In this document: positions 63,491-64,000 of the stretch, piece after piece | Layout: the number at the start of each line of letters is the position of its first letter | Position numbering within the stretch: the stretch's first letter is position 1 | Assembly (NCBI GenBank): GCA_010093815.1 | Contig: ML996566.1 | Reading direction: 5' to 3' (one strand) | Source: Pseudovirgaria hyperparasitica | Taxonomy: Eukaryota | Length of the DNA stretch: 64,000 bases | Program-made: the position numbers and the translations under genes | Notes under the pieces: generated by a model | Databases searched by the model: none | What the model was told of the DNA's origin: nothing | The model's input: the letters and a program-made list of their open reading frames with translations, nothing else

Positions 63491-64000
63491 AGCATCCTCC
63501 GCCGTCCGCCGCCAAACTTACCACTTGCATCTCCTGGTCCCAGTCTCCAGACAACCAGTCGCAGCATTCGCTATTATTCCCAAAACAGCAACTTGCATCT
63601 GCCCGACTGTTGCAGGTCAAGCCTTTTTGTCTCAACCATCTTGCTACTGCTTTTGCCAGCTAGGGTCGCTCGGTCACTCTTGCCACGCCGCCGCTATAGA
63701 TCCGGATCCCACCCTGTTGCTGTTCCACTCCGGGATCGTGCAGCCACGCCTCTCCTCCCCACCGCGTCGTCGTCCAACCATCACCAACCTGCATCTTCGC
63801 TAGACGTTGATGTCCTATCGCGTCGCTCCGCGTTCTAACACTATCGCGACGACCGTATCATCGTCGCCAGTTCTTCTCGCACGCCTCGCGACTGCTTCGT
63901 GATCCCGCCGGGCACGTCAACAAGAGCCGTCCAGCTCCGGGACAGCTCGTTGCCTTTTTGGCATGTCCTCGATGTCCTATCATCCAGTATCGGCATCTCT

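Noticed and set aside
63181..63838. ORFs of 160 and 161 aa with THTH repeats
   Set aside because: Open frames created by the CA/CACT microsatellite, with non-ATG starts and no recognisable domain.

Overview
Eukaryotic, intron-rich DNA from a filamentous ascomycete (Pezizomycotina). This is inferred from short GT-AG introns with CTRAC-type branch sites and fungal-type genes. The window has three parts. (1) Bases 1-11151 are the 5'-truncated body of an iterative hybrid PKS-NRPS megasynthase (KS-AT-DH-cMT-pseudoER-KR-ACP-C-A-T-R). It appears to be the right-hand end of a secondary-metabolite cluster and is followed by an AT-rich, RIP-like, LTR-like remnant. (2) Bases ~12200-57600 are a compact core-gene block arranged mostly as head-to-head pairs: HST4-like sirtuin, MED16/SIN4, VRP1, TMA17-like, PCP1 rhomboid, hotdog thioesterase, SLD3, RWD protein, a Cys-rich membrane protein, MIX23, CDC9 ligase, RCD1/CAF40, TRS65, Mpv17/PMP22, PGK1, SEM1, IML2, an MFS transporter, PRP5 and SF3A2/PRP11. 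This block also holds a 391-bp TA-flanked MITE. (3) Bases ~57600-64000 contain no recognisable intact gene, only repeats and possible gene relics. The best candidate for an undescribed system is the PKS-NRPS, which has a variant C-domain motif (HHMFFDR), an intact reductive R domain, a dead ER and a probable GC-AG intron; its product cannot be named from sequence alone. Other notable signals are dual targeting and a splice-assembled PIP box in CDC9, the PRP5/SF3A2 divergent pair, and repeated strand-independent C-rich to G-rich skew switches. All gene models were spliced by hand and no database search was run.
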